Positions 1 to 9,685 are shown, counted from the stretch's first letter. The stretch: 64,000 nucleotides of DNA from Gemmatimonadota bacterium (GCA_036679605.1 JAZDCZ010000365.1:32001-96000); one strand, 5' to 3'. Notes: generated from the letters alone by a model not told the origin. Numbers and translations are program-made.

Positions 1-369
1 CGGGCCGGGCCGATTCACTAGGGCGCGAACATCACCTGTCACACTAATCTCAGGGTTCAATCTGCTCAGATTGCGCGTGCGGCTCACGAATTGTGTCTGT
101 CCAGTGTCGGGTTGCTCGCCTCCGGCAGCCTCTTGAGCTGCTGCCTGTGCGGCCGCTCGAAGCGCCGCCAGTTCGTCCACTGCCTCGGTCGTGTCTTCGC
201 CCTGCTGCGCCATGTGCGCAACGACTTCTTGCAGCGAGTCCAGACGTGCCTTGAGGCGCCGGACTTCGTTTTCCAGAGAGTCGGTCTTGGTCAGCGGATC
301 TTGTGCTCGAGCCGGCGATGCCACCCCAGCAAGGGCGAAAATCACGGACACAAACAGTTTTATCTTCAT
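1..369 (-). CDS. Secreted/outer-membrane protein, probably a metal (Zn/Co/Ni)-uptake beta-barrel receptor or porin; truncated at the window edge
   Basis: Not in the ORF track; manual translation from ATG 369 gives MKIKLFVSVIFALAGVASPARAQ (signal peptide), a coiled coil (LENEVRRLKARLDSLQEV) and 'LNPEISVTGD', which resembles the N-terminal (F/L)NPxISx motif of zinc-regulated OM receptor/porin proteins. Confidence 0.6.
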   Translation of the reverse strand, partial: MKIKLFVSVIFALAGVASPARAQDPLTKTDSLENEVRRLKARLDSLQEVVAHMAQQGEDTTEAVDELAALRAAAQAAAQEAAGGEQPDTGQTQFVSRTRNLSRLNPEISVTGDVRALVNRPGP

Positions 370-462
370 TTTTTCTGGCCCCACATAGCTCTTTCAGTCT
401 TGAATTGCATCGGTGTTGCGGCTATCCAGAGCGAGCCGCAGCGGTAAATGGAAACGACTAAT

Positions 463-813
463 TTACCGTAGAGGTGGGGGGCCTCGAACTCCGTTTGCGT
501 TTGAGGGAATCGTCTTGCGGGGGCAATCTAGCGTCGTCAAATCGTCGATCGACTGAATGCGATCATGGTCCAGCGAGAGCTGGTGTTGGTGGGGGACAGC
601 TGGGTTGAATGATGCAGCACATGTATGACACCAGGTCTCGACATGGATCTTGGAACAGTCACTCGACTGGGAGTTCTCGATGTGCTGCGTAGTGGAAAGT
701 ACGTCGCTACTGGCGTGGATCACTGGAACCCAAATCCAAGTAGCCAACTGGACAATGGCCATCATGAGAGGAACAAGACGGCTGTTCCTGCGCAATGCAT
801 CATGGCGTTTCAT
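463..813 (-). CDS. DUF2946-like small protein (hydrophobic N-terminus, His/CxxC, C-terminal RGPP); candidate metal-sensing leader/arrest peptide
   Basis: ATG 813 (MKRHDAL...); hydrophobic LVPLMMAIVQLATWIWVPVIHA; HIE..DCSKIH..WCHTC; ends VRGPPPLR; 93 bp upstream of the OM protein gene on the same strand. Confidence 0.65.
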   Translation of the reverse strand: MKRHDALRRNSRLVPLMMAIVQLATWIWVPVIHASSDVLSTTQHIENSQSSDCSKIHVETWCHTCAASFNPAVPHQHQLSLDHDRIQSIDDLTTLDCPRKTIPSNANGVRGPPPLR

Positions 814-895
814 AGACTTAACAATATAGCACCTGAGCGTCGGTCTGGTTCCCGGCGGGACCAAGCCGGGGGCATCAGCCGCACGCCTCCGGACC

Positions 896-2011
896 TCAAC
901 GCCGAACAGCCTCGAAGAGGAGTTTGCCAACCTTCCAGTTCCGCATGATTCCTCCAAACTCCTCGGCTCCAGGGCCCGAAGCAAAAAGGGGAATCATCTG
1001 AGCCGTGTGAGACTCGGAGGTGTAGTGTGCTTCGAGTGAGTCCAAATGGAACTCAGTGCCGTCGCTCAAGTGACCGACGGCCTCTTGGATCGCAAGCCCT
1101 CCTGTCTCGTGATCAGCCACTACAACGATGAGAGTTTCCGGATTGCGCTGCTGGTATTCTAGTCCAACCGCAATCGCATCGTCGAAGTCCAGTACCTCTG
1201 CTGTAACCGCCTCGAGCGGCTCGTTCCCGTGCCCCCGCCAATCGGGCTGGGATCCCTCGACCATGAGGAAGAATCCCTTGGGGTTTTGGTCGAGCACGTC
1301 GAGTGCCGCCTGTGTCATCTGCGGCAGGGTCGGTGAGCGGTGCGGCGCCGCGGGCATGTGGCTCCAGGTGAACAGTCCAAACAGGGAGTGAACTTCATTC
1401 AGGTCCAGAGCTTCGAGTTGCTGAGGAGTTTCTACGTAGGTGCTGTACGCAAGAACGCGTTCCAAGAGATCAATTGAGTCGGGCCGGACGCTGCCATCCC
1501 AAATGCTGCGGCCGCCGCCCAGGATCACGTCTATTTCCAACTTCGCCATGTGCGCTGCTATCGTAAATTCATCCACACGTGTAACGACGTGTGCGGCAAA
1601 TGAGGCAGGAGTGGCATGGGTGATCCGAGAAGTCGCTACGAGGCCTGTTCCCATGCCCAGCTCCTTCGCCACTTCGAGCACTGTCTCCACCGGCATCGAA
1701 TCGGGCCCCACTCCAATCGCCCCGTTGTATGTCAGTATGCCCGCGGCGTACGCGGTCGCTCCCGCTGCGCTGTCGGTGACCTTTCTGTCGGAGCTTCTAG
1801 TGTCTACCAGCCCCATCACGTGGAATTGGTGAACGGCCAAGTGGTCCCGGGCGTATTCGGCCGCAGTCCAGTAGCTAGCACCGACTCCGTCACCAATGAA
1901 CAAGATCACCCTTGTCGGAGCACTCTGAGCGCCTGCGCTGGCAGTCGGTCCAATGACTAGAAATAACGCGATCCCTAGAGCCCGGAGCAGATTGGATCGG
2001 GTTCGTACCAT
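896..2011 (-). CDS. phoA: Alkaline phosphatase (PhoA family)
   Basis: Motifs VILFIGDG, VTDSAAGATA (catalytic Ser), THATPA, FFLMVEG..D..GH, ADHETGG; signal peptide; GGAGAG SD before ATG 2011. Confidence 0.92.
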   Translation of the reverse strand: MVRTRSNLLRALGIALFLVIGPTASAGAQSAPTRVILFIGDGVGASYWTAAEYARDHLAVHQFHVMGLVDTRSSDRKVTDSAAGATAYAAGILTYNGAIGVGPDSMPVETVLEVAKELGMGTGLVATSRITHATPASFAAHVVTRVDEFTIAAHMAKLEIDVILGGGRSIWDGSVRPDSIDLLERVLAYSTYVETPQQLEALDLNEVHSLFGLFTWSHMPAAPHRSPTLPQMTQAALDVLDQNPKGFFLMVEGSQPDWRGHGNEPLEAVTAEVLDFDDAIAVGLEYQQRNPETLIVVVADHETGGLAIQEAVGHLSDGTEFHLDSLEAHYTSESHTAQMIPLFASGPGAEEFGGIMRNWKVGKLLFEAVRR

Positions 2012-2021
2012 TAAACTCTCC

Positions 2022-2888
2022 CTATACGTCTTCTTGTTTTCGTTGGCCGGCGTACGCTCTGAGCCGCCTGAGCATTCGCCGGTCATGTCGGACCGGATCG
2101 TCCAATTTGGGTGTCTCGATGACCTTGATGATACCCCTGAATCGTTCATCTTGCATCACGCGGCGAAACGGGGCAGGGCCCATCGTCCCCTCTCCGATCC
2201 ATTCGTGACGATCGCGGTGCGACGCAAACGGTGTCTTAGAATCGTTTAAGTGCAAGCACCGCAGGTACTTGAGACCGATGGCCTGATCCCATTCGTGCCA
2301 CACACTGTCCCAGTCGTTCACTAGATCGTATCCCGCGGCATACAGATGACAGGTGTCGGCGCAAAACCCTACTCTGCGGCGAAGCCGCCCGGTGATTTTC
2401 CGGCGCAGCTCCGCGAGTTCGCGGAACGTTGAGCCCAACGCCGTGCCGGACCCAGCCGTCGTTTCGATGAACAGGTCGGGACCGCTCACTTCTTGTAAGC
2501 ACTCGCTGTAAGCATCGGCGTTGCGTTGCAGGCCCTCTTCGCGATTATCCATGAAGTTGCCGGGGTGGGTAACGACACCCCGGATGCCAAGATCCCGCGA
2601 TCGCTCCAGTTCTTTCTTGAACGAATGGATGGATCGCGACCGTAGTTTCGGGTTTGGTGACGCTAGATTTATCAGATACGAATCATGAGAGATTACCCCA
2701 AGAATTTTCGTACGGGCCAACTCTTCCTTGAATCGAACGATCTCTTCCTTGGCGAGTGCCTTTTCCCGCCATTGGTTGGGAGACTTGGTGAAGACTTGAA
2801 TCGCAGTGGCGCCGATCTCGGCGCCTCGGGTCGGTGCGTTTGAAATCCCACCGGCTGTCGAGACGTGGGCGCCGAGGAGATTGACCAC
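2022..2888 (-). CDS. nfo: Endonuclease IV (AP endonuclease)
   Basis: LLGAHVSTAGG, HDSYLINLAS, HPG, DTCHL, HLNDSK, DRHE, ETP; start trimmed to GTG 2888. Confidence 0.95.
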   Translation of the reverse strand: MVNLLGAHVSTAGGISNAPTRGAEIGATAIQVFTKSPNQWREKALAKEEIVRFKEELARTKILGVISHDSYLINLASPNPKLRSRSIHSFKKELERSRDLGIRGVVTHPGNFMDNREEGLQRNADAYSECLQEVSGPDLFIETTAGSGTALGSTFRELAELRRKITGRLRRRVGFCADTCHLYAAGYDLVNDWDSVWHEWDQAIGLKYLRCLHLNDSKTPFASHRDRHEWIGEGTMGPAPFRRVMQDERFRGIIKVIETPKLDDPVRHDRRMLRRLRAYAGQRKQEDV

Positions 2889-2890
2889 GA

Positions 2891-3505
2891 CTACGCGGGG
2901 AAGGCGTAAGGCGAAACGAGTGGCACGAACCGGCATGAGCCGGCGGTGGTTTCTCGGTACCCTCTGGTAGTTCGCTCTATCACCTGCAAAACCTGTGTCG
3001 CGCGGCCGCCTACAGGTATGACCAGCCGTCCGCCGATTGTGAGCTGGTCGATGAGTTGCTTCGGGATCTGGGGAGCGGCTGCAGCTACTACGATCGCTTC
3101 GTACGGCGATCCGGCATGATGGCCTCGGGCACCGTCGCCGACTAGGAAAGTGGCGTTCGAAACCCCCAGCTCGTGTAACCTGCATTCTGCCTCGAGCGAC
3201 AGGTCCTCGAAGCGTTCAACACTCCAAACGTGGCGCACCAGTTTCGCGATGACTGCCGTGTGATAACCCGATCCGCTACCCACCTCCAACACATTGCAAT
3301 TGCGTCCCACACGCGCCTGTTGGGTCATGAGGGCGACCATGTACGGTTGGGAGATCGTCTGATCGCGGGCGATCCGGATAGGTTGGTCAGCGTAGGCTAG
3401 GTGCTGCATTTCGTACGAAACAAAGAACTCGCGTGGTACGCTTGCCATCGCAGCCAGCACTCTGCTATCTGAAATACCTCGACTCGCGAGTTGTTGACGC
3501 ACCAT
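2891..3505 (-). CDS. pcm: Protein-L-isoaspartate O-methyltransferase
   Basis: RGISDSRVLAAM..VPRE.F, QTISQPYMVA, VLEVGSGSGY, QLTIGGRLVIPVG, FVPL. Confidence 0.95.
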   Translation of the reverse strand: MVRQQLASRGISDSRVLAAMASVPREFFVSYEMQHLAYADQPIRIARDQTISQPYMVALMTQQARVGRNCNVLEVGSGSGYHTAVIAKLVRHVWSVERFEDLSLEAECRLHELGVSNATFLVGDGARGHHAGSPYEAIVVAAAAPQIPKQLIDQLTIGGRLVIPVGGRATQVLQVIERTTRGYRETTAGSCRFVPLVSPYAFPA

Positions 3506-3554
3506 TGCATGGCGCTCTCCTCGCCGGCCGATCGAGGTCCGGTCCGTCCTAGTA

Positions 3555-4268
3555 TCAGTCGTGGCGACTCAGCAGTCGGGTCAAGAGCCCGGGCCTGTCA
3601 CGTGCTTCACGCAGCCGCTCCTCAGCCATGGCAGTGCGCCGCTCTAGCTCCAGTCTCGACCGTCGCAGTCTCTCGACAAGGTCTCGCTCCTGCGACAGTT
3701 CATCCTCCAATAATTTCACCTGTCGGCTGCCATCTTCCGGTGGTGTCTTCCCCTCCACTTCAATCACGTCTTCATCAACAACGATATCCGCTTCATCCTG
3801 CCCCGGCATGAGACTGTGTCCGGAACCGTCGAAAGACTCCTGAATCAATTCAACGAGGATGCGCTGCTGGCGTTCGACTACATCGCCGAAGCGCGTGATT
3901 TCCTGGACCATCTGCCACATGAGTTGACGCTGCTCACGCTCACCCTCTAGCACCGCCGTGACGAGTTGCTCGTATCCTGAAGGCGACCCGCCGTTCGAGC
4001 GTATTGGGAGTGGCGACTGGGCATTGGCTGCAGAAGGAGGACTGGAGTTCAAAGCCGATTCGATTTGTTCGCGCGTGTTGCCGGAAGCGTACGATTCAGC
4101 GATGAAACGCAAGGTTTCGAGAGCCTTTTCCGGATAACGTCTACGAGCGCCGCTGCCGACCCAGGGAACGTGGAGCGCAAATGTGTCGCGGTAATACCGC
4201 GTTGTGGATTCAGGCAGATTCAGTGCCCGAGCCAGCTGGCAGAGCGTATACACCTTTGTGTCCGGCAT
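3555..4268 (-). CDS. MerR-like HTH protein with C-terminal coiled coil
   Basis: N-terminal YTLCQLARALNLPESTTRYYRD...GARRRYPEKALETLRFI; coiled-coil C-terminus ending LLTRLLSR. Confidence 0.7.
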   Translation of the reverse strand: MPDTKVYTLCQLARALNLPESTTRYYRDTFALHVPWVGSGARRRYPEKALETLRFIAESYASGNTREQIESALNSSPPSAANAQSPLPIRSNGGSPSGYEQLVTAVLEGEREQRQLMWQMVQEITRFGDVVERQQRILVELIQESFDGSGHSLMPGQDEADIVVDEDVIEVEGKTPPEDGSRQVKLLEDELSQERDLVERLRRSRLELERRTAMAEERLREARDRPGLLTRLLSRHD

Positions 4269-4340
4269 GGGCTAGGAAGATAATTGTTACGCGGTGGGGA
4301 AACCAATCGCGACTGACTGTCGAGCTAGGATGCGCCGATG

Positions 4341-5543
4341 CTAGCGCCGCTTTGTGAGCCAATTTTCGGGATTGAGAGCGATAGGTCTGGTGCTGCCGGC
4401 CGCTGCCTGGCGTATCTGGAACTCAAGGTGAGGGCCGGATTCAGACCCACTGCCTCCGCTTCGGCCGATAACCTGTCCAGCGGACACGGTCTGACCAGAT
4501 GAGACATCGAGACCTGATAGGTAGAGGTATAGTGTATAGAAGCCGCCACCGTGATCGATTATGACGCTCGGTCCGTAAGTTCCGAATAGGCCAGCTCGCT
4601 CAACCGTTCCACCGGCCACGGATCGTACGGCAGTGCCAGGAGGGACTGTGATCCCGATACCCTCATAGCGAATCCTAGTCCCGTCCGGCCCGGGGGCCCG
4701 GCCGAACCGATACACCATGGGGCCCGTGGCCGGCCACAACAGACCCCCGAGATCCGCGGTGCTGATGGTTGCTTCGGTGCTGGGGCGACTCCCACTTGCT
4801 ATAGCGCGCCGCCGCTCGCTTTCCAGCGACGCCAGCACATCGGATAATGCAACCTCGGCGCGAGCCAGGGAATCCAACTCTGACGTTGCCGTCTCCTGTG
4901 ACGCACGTGTTTGTCTCAGACTGTTTTGGCGTTGCCGTTCTAGGCTCACGAACCGCCGCAGCTCGATGCCGCGCTGCTCGCGCTGCGTGTCGAGTGCTGT
5001 TTGTGCGCGCACCTGCTCACGGTGCTGGGCATCCCTGGCCTGATGAAGGTCGTCGATCTCTGTGACTAGAGTTCGATCCCGCCGGGTGATGATGTGGAGA
5101 TACTTGTAGCGGCTCAGCAGATCGCCGAAGGATTCGGCTGCAAGGAGGACTTGGAACGTATATAGCGGGCCGCGCTTGTATATGTCTGACAGCCTCTTTT
5201 CAAGAACCGCCTGAGCCTCCGCCAGCGCATCCCGAGTCAGCAGGAGATCGGTGGTGACGACATCGAGCCGGCCGGTCATGGCCACCATCTGCCGGTCGAG
5301 TTCGTTTACAACTCGGTTGGTTAGGCTTCTCTGTAGTTCGAGGTTGCGGATTTCGGTATTGATGTTTCGCGTCCGGCCCCTTAGGCGCCGCAATTCTCCT
5401 TCCAGGCTGCTGCGCTGTTCTCGAATGGAATCGAGCCGGGCCTGATTTTGCCGAATGCGGCGGTCCAGGTTGCCCTGGGCTTGTACTTGGGACGCCAGAC
5501 AGGCAAGACAAAGAATACCTAGTGAAGGAGCAAGCCACTTCAT
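4341..5543 (-). CDS. envC: Murein hydrolase activator EnvC (coiled coil + degenerate M23/LytM)
   Basis: Signal peptide, long coiled coil, LytM-like C-terminus (GPHLEFQIR, Zn ligands incomplete); directly downstream of ftsEX. Confidence 0.85.
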   Translation of the reverse strand: MKWLAPSLGILCLACLASQVQAQGNLDRRIRQNQARLDSIREQRSSLEGELRRLRGRTRNINTEIRNLELQRSLTNRVVNELDRQMVAMTGRLDVVTTDLLLTRDALAEAQAVLEKRLSDIYKRGPLYTFQVLLAAESFGDLLSRYKYLHIITRRDRTLVTEIDDLHQARDAQHREQVRAQTALDTQREQRGIELRRFVSLERQRQNSLRQTRASQETATSELDSLARAEVALSDVLASLESERRRAIASGSRPSTEATISTADLGGLLWPATGPMVYRFGRAPGPDGTRIRYEGIGITVPPGTAVRSVAGGTVERAGLFGTYGPSVIIDHGGGFYTLYLYLSGLDVSSGQTVSAGQVIGRSGGSGSESGPHLEFQIRQAAAGSTRPIALNPENWLTKRR

Positions 5544-6403
5544 GCTGGATTCACGCTCTTCAAATGTCTGCCCACGCTCATGGCGCTTGCAAGGAATCCT
5601 AGCACCGTCCCGAACAGAACCAGAATGAGCGCCTGATCGAGAGTAAAAAATGATGAACTGAATAGCGGGTCTATGGCGGCATATGCACCGTAATTGAGTG
5701 CGATCGCACCGATGCCGCCAAGTGTGCCTTTGATCGTTCCCTCCAGCAGGAACGGCTGGCGAATAAAACCGTCGGTAGCGCCGACAAGTCGCATGATCGC
5801 GATCTCGCTGCTGCGGTGTAGCACCGCCATGCGTACGGTGGTCCCTATGATGATGATGCTGGCAATCGCAAAGGCGCCACCAATGACCAGTCCAACTATG
5901 GCCGCGATGTTACGGATGCGGTCGAGTTTCTCGATCCAGTCGCGCCCGAATCTGACGTCTTCCGCAAAACGGAATCCCCGCAACCATTCCGCGACGCTCT
6001 CGACGCTCTCGCTGTCGCGGAACCCTGGTTGCAGTCGCACTTCGAGTGACGCCGGCAGCGGGTTGGTTGCCAGGTCGGCAAACACGTCCTGAAACTCGGC
6101 GAGTCCACGGCGCGCTTGGGCGAGCGCCTCATCCTCACTCACGTATGTTACTGCCTGTACTCCCGGGAGAGCCTCAATGTCACTTATGGCAACAGTGACC
6201 ACTTCAACCGGCGTGCCTCTCCTGAGGTAGGCAACGATCTCGACTCGCTCCTCTAGCTTGGCGAGAGCACTCCGCAGGTTCAGCGCGATCAGCCCAAATA
6301 GCCCAAGCACGAACAAGGCAAATGCGATAGTGGTTATGGAGAGTGCCGACAACACCGGCGCACGGCGAAATGATAGGTAAGCCTCTCTCAACGCTAGCCT
6401 CAT
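5540..6403 (-). CDS. ftsX: Cell division permease FtsX
   Basis: NPLPASLEV, EIAIMRLVGATDGFIRQPFLLEG; 4 TM; overlaps the ftsE stop. Confidence 0.95.
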   Translation of the reverse strand: MRLALREAYLSFRRAPVLSALSITTIAFALFVLGLFGLIALNLRSALAKLEERVEIVAYLRRGTPVEVVTVAISDIEALPGVQAVTYVSEDEALAQARRGLAEFQDVFADLATNPLPASLEVRLQPGFRDSESVESVAEWLRGFRFAEDVRFGRDWIEKLDRIRNIAAIVGLVIGGAFAIASIIIIGTTVRMAVLHRSSEIAIMRLVGATDGFIRQPFLLEGTIKGTLGGIGAIALNYGAYAAIDPLFSSSFFTLDQALILVLFGTVLGFLASAMSVGRHLKSVNPA

Positions 6404-7095
6404 CGTGCCACTACTCCCGGCTCCACATCATCTTCAGTCGAGTCGTAAACGACTACTCCGTCCTCCATCTCAATCGATCGGTAGGAGGTCTGACGCACCA
6501 GTGACAGATTGTGAGTGGCCATCACTACGGCCGTCCCGTTGGCGTTGATGTCCCGCAGGAGCTGAAAGATTCCGCGTGATGCTCTTTCATCCAGATTCCC
6601 CGTCGGTTCATCGGCTAGGAGTACCAATGGGTCGTTAACGAGCGCCCGCGCAATGGCAACGCGCTGTTGCTCCCCGCCCGACAACTCTCTCGGGTAACTC
6701 TGTACCTTTGCCGCCAGTCCGACTTGGGTGAGTACGCGCATGACTTTCGGGGCGATTACGCTGCGGCGGACTCCGGTAACCTCGAGAGCAAAGGCTACGT
6801 TTGCTTCGGCTGTCCGGTCCTCGAGTAGCCGAAAGTTCTGGAACACGATGCCGAGCCGACGCCGCAGCTTTGCAATATCGCGGTGCTTGAGCCTCGAGGT
6901 GGCGAAGCCCGACACGCGAACGTCGCCCGAGGTGGGAAGCTGGTCGGCGTAGATCAGACTAAGGACAGTGGACTTGCCGGCCCCAGAGTGTCCGGTCAGA
7001 AAAGCGAATTCTCCTTTGCCTATGTGGAAGGAGACATCACGGAGGGCTATGGTCCCTGAGCGGAACGACTTGAAGACCTTCTTGAAACGGATCAC
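6400..7095 (-). CDS. ftsE: Cell division ATP-binding protein FtsE
   Basis: [50 protein letters not shown]. Confidence 0.97.
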   Translation of the reverse strand: MIRFKKVFKSFRSGTIALRDVSFHIGKGEFAFLTGHSGAGKSTVLSLIYADQLPTSGDVRVSGFATSRLKHRDIAKLRRRLGIVFQNFRLLEDRTAEANVAFALEVTGVRRSVIAPKVMRVLTQVGLAAKVQSYPRELSGGEQQRVAIARALVNDPLVLLADEPTGNLDERASRGIFQLLRDINANGTAVVMATHNLSLVRQTSYRSIEMEDGVVVYDSTEDDVEPGVVAR

Positions 7096-7098
7096 GAC

Positions 7099-8259
7099 TC
7101 AGAGTGCTCCGAAAGCTGCCTCGAAGTCGGCGATGATATCTTGGATGTCTTCTATTCCTAGACTTACGCGGATCAAGCCTGCAGGTATTCCCTGGACGGC
7201 CAGCTGGTCCTCAGAGAGTCCGGCGTGTGATGTAAATATCGGTTGCGAGGCCAACGTCTCTACTCCGCCGAGGCTCGGAGCATGAGTTACCAGCTGAAGT
7301 TTCTTTAGCACTCTCGTCGTGCTTTCAGCGTCGCACTCGAGATTTATTGCTACCATACCGCCGAAGCCATCCAGTAGTTTACGGGCCACAGCGTGATCGG
7401 GATGGGTCTCGAGGCCGGGGTAGTGAACCGTCGACACGCGGTCGTGATTGGAGGCCCACTCCGCGAAAGCCGCTCCGTTCGCGTTGTGTTTCTGCATTCG
7501 GACTGCGAGGGTCTTAAGCCCCCGCTCCACCAGCCATGCCTGGTGGGGATCGATAGCCGGGCCCCAGAGTTTCATGAGACGCTGAACTTCGTCGACAATG
7601 GGTCTCGATCCAACGACGGCTCCGGCTATCACGTCGCTGTGTCCGTTCAGGTATTTGGTAGCGCTATGAATCACTACGTCCGCACCGTGCTCCAGAGGTC
7701 GGAAATTGACAGGCGAGGCAAATGTCGAATCGACTAGTAGACTGATTCCGCACTCCCGACAGAAGTTTGCCAAGTATTCGATGTCGACAACACGCATCAG
7801 CGGGTTGGTAATGGCTTCGACAAACACTGCGCGAGTGTTGTTGCGCAGGTTGCGCCGCCAGTTTCTGAGGTCTGACGGATCAACGTAGCTCACATCGATG
7901 CCCAGGCGAGCAAATTCGTGGTCGAACAGCCGCCGTGTCCCGCCATAAACCCACTGGCTCGAGAGCAGGTGATCACCCGGATGGAGGACGGCAAGATGCG
8001 CTAATGCGGTGGCACTCATACCGCTCCCCAAAGCGATTGCACTGTCCGCGCCCTCCAGCGCAGCCAGTCGGTCCGCCAGGGTGACTTGGTTCGGGTTGTT
8101 TCCGTAGCGAGTGTAGAGAACTCCGTTGGGACTTCCCACAGGGTTCACAAATGTAGAACTCTGATAGATCGGTGAGGCTACAGGAGTTCCTATGGCTGAT
8201 GCGCGTGGTTTACCGTGAATGGCTCTAGTGGCCAGGCCATTCTGCCGGTCTTCCTTCAC
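7099..8259 (-). CDS. PLP-dependent trans-sulfuration enzyme (cystathionine gamma-synthase/lyase or methionine gamma-lyase family)
   Basis: YTRYGNNPN, LAALEG, SGMSA, DSTFASP, HSATKYLNGHSDV (PLP Lys), SLGGVE, IRVSLGIED. Confidence 0.9.
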   Translation of the reverse strand: MKEDRQNGLATRAIHGKPRASAIGTPVASPIYQSSTFVNPVGSPNGVLYTRYGNNPNQVTLADRLAALEGADSAIALGSGMSATALAHLAVLHPGDHLLSSQWVYGGTRRLFDHEFARLGIDVSYVDPSDLRNWRRNLRNNTRAVFVEAITNPLMRVVDIEYLANFCRECGISLLVDSTFASPVNFRPLEHGADVVIHSATKYLNGHSDVIAGAVVGSRPIVDEVQRLMKLWGPAIDPHQAWLVERGLKTLAVRMQKHNANGAAFAEWASNHDRVSTVHYPGLETHPDHAVARKLLDGFGGMVAINLECDAESTTRVLKKLQLVTHAPSLGGVETLASQPIFTSHAGLSEDQLAVQGIPAGLIRVSLGIEDIQDIIADFEAAFGAL

Positions 8260-8792
8260 GTGCTGAGTGTCCGGTAGTAGTCGGCGTCCAAGTGCAGAAG
8301 CCGGCGGGCGATGAGATGATCGAGTGCGCTGCGGGCCGCGTCCGTTGACACTTTCATATGATCTGCGACTTCACCAGCAGCAGCACGGCCTCGCTCTGTC
8401 ACCGCACCGAAGGCTCTGCGCACAATCTCTTCCAGGGGCCCGAGGAGTTGCAGCTGGCCGTCACGGTGCTGTGCCACAACCGCCAATCCGTGCCGTTCGA
8501 GTACAAGGCTGATGGCCTCACAGTGAGATTCAGTCACGCCGCTGAGCAGGAAATAACGAACGTCGCCGTATGCGAGGAGGATCTTGCCGACGATTTCATC
8601 GGCGCATGAAATATCGAGGCACCTCACCGCTCCGAATTCAATCACGGCAACGTCGTTGTTATCGGTCTTGGAAAGAGCCACCTCGATTTCGCCGCGAACG
8701 GCTCGGCCAGTGTGGCGGGTAACCAGGTCACCGTACGCCTGGGATACGGTCTCCCGCAAGATCTCCCTCAAGTCGATTGTTTGCCCGTTCAA
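8256..8792 (-). CDS. STAS-like (DUF4325-type) domain plus C-terminal winged HTH protein
   Basis: LVTRHTGRAVR..., VIEFGAVRCLDISCADEI (STAS-like, Ser at the phospho-acceptor-like position); C-terminal AAGEVADHMKVSTDAARSALDHLIARRLL wHTH-like. Confidence 0.55.
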   Translation of the reverse strand: MNGQTIDLREILRETVSQAYGDLVTRHTGRAVRGEIEVALSKTDNNDVAVIEFGAVRCLDISCADEIVGKILLAYGDVRYFLLSGVTESHCEAISLVLERHGLAVVAQHRDGQLQLLGPLEEIVRRAFGAVTERGRAAAGEVADHMKVSTDAARSALDHLIARRLLHLDADYYRTLST

Positions 8793-9685
8793 TTGTCGTC
8801 CTGACGTGCTGGAATGATCTGAAGCATCTGGCTACCCGGAAAAAATGATAATCCATCCTGCAACGGGACATCGTCATCCCATGGAGGTACTATCGCGATG
8901 CGGGCTGTCCCGCTCCTGATACTGATTTTCCCGTTCCAACGGTTGAGGTATCGCCTAATGCCACCCAAACCCTGCCCGCGACCCGGATCCGCCAATCTGC
9001 TCACTCCCTGAATGAGGGCGGCTTCAAGAGCCGTCGCGTCGCTCCAGCGATCGCCGTATCGGCCTGCCTGTGTCGATCCCAGGGATTGACGGAACCCCAC
9101 TCCTGCGTCAGCTACGGCGATCACGACCACCCTCCGGCCGAGACGGCGGCGCCAGTGGTAGGTCTGAACTGCAACCCAGCCCGATGTTCCAGCGTGCTCT
9201 ACAATATTCTGACAAGCCTCCGAAAGCGCCATACCGAATCCCATGGTGGCACTGGCTTCGAGCCCCAATTTGTCGGAAAGTATGGTCGCCGCCCGTTCCT
9301 GGATCACGCTCACCACCCCATGGACGTCTCCGGACTCTCGAACCGGAGTAATCTCCAGCAGCACGTCTGACGTACGGCTCACAGTCACTCGCGGGACCTT
9401 GCCGTGGATCTCGAACCACTCGCCGGCATATTCGAAGAACCCTGTGCGCGCCCAATAGTGGAGCACGTCTCGATCCGTGGGAATCGTCAGCAGCGGGCGC
9501 TGTTCCGCACGTTCCATGATGGCCTGTCCAGCCACTATCAATGCGAGGAGCCCATACGGAGATGCCCATTGAGTCGCATGAGCATCGAACAACAGCCTTC
9601 GCCCATCTTCGGCGCTGTAGGCTCGAGCGAACTGATCTAGGGAATGATCGTCGAACTGAGTCGGTACCTCTATCACACGAGTCAC
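8789..9685 (-). CDS. ATP-binding protein with GHKL/HATPase_c domain (anti-sigma-kinase-like) and N-terminal STAS-like region
   Basis: N-box SEACQNIVEHA, G1 IAVADAGVG, G2 GRGQGLGGI; no His-box/DHp. Confidence 0.75.
   Translation of the reverse strand: MTRVIEVPTQFDDHSLDQFARAYSAEDGRRLLFDAHATQWASPYGLLALIVAGQAIMERAEQRPLLTIPTDRDVLHYWARTGFFEYAGEWFEIHGKVPRVTVSRTSDVLLEITPVRESGDVHGVVSVIQERAATILSDKLGLEASATMGFGMALSEACQNIVEHAGTSGWVAVQTYHWRRRLGRRVVVIAVADAGVGFRQSLGSTQAGRYGDRWSDATALEAALIQGVSRLADPGRGQGLGGIRRYLNRWNGKISIRSGTARIAIVPPWDDDVPLQDGLSFFPGSQMLQIIPARQDDN

Noticed and set aside
2889..3185. Long N-terminal extensions in the ORF track (nfo, phoA, pfkB, lepA, pdxA, Uma2, VPS10)
   Set aside because: They overlap neighbouring genes or precede better SD/start pairs; starts were trimmed to family-typical N-termini.
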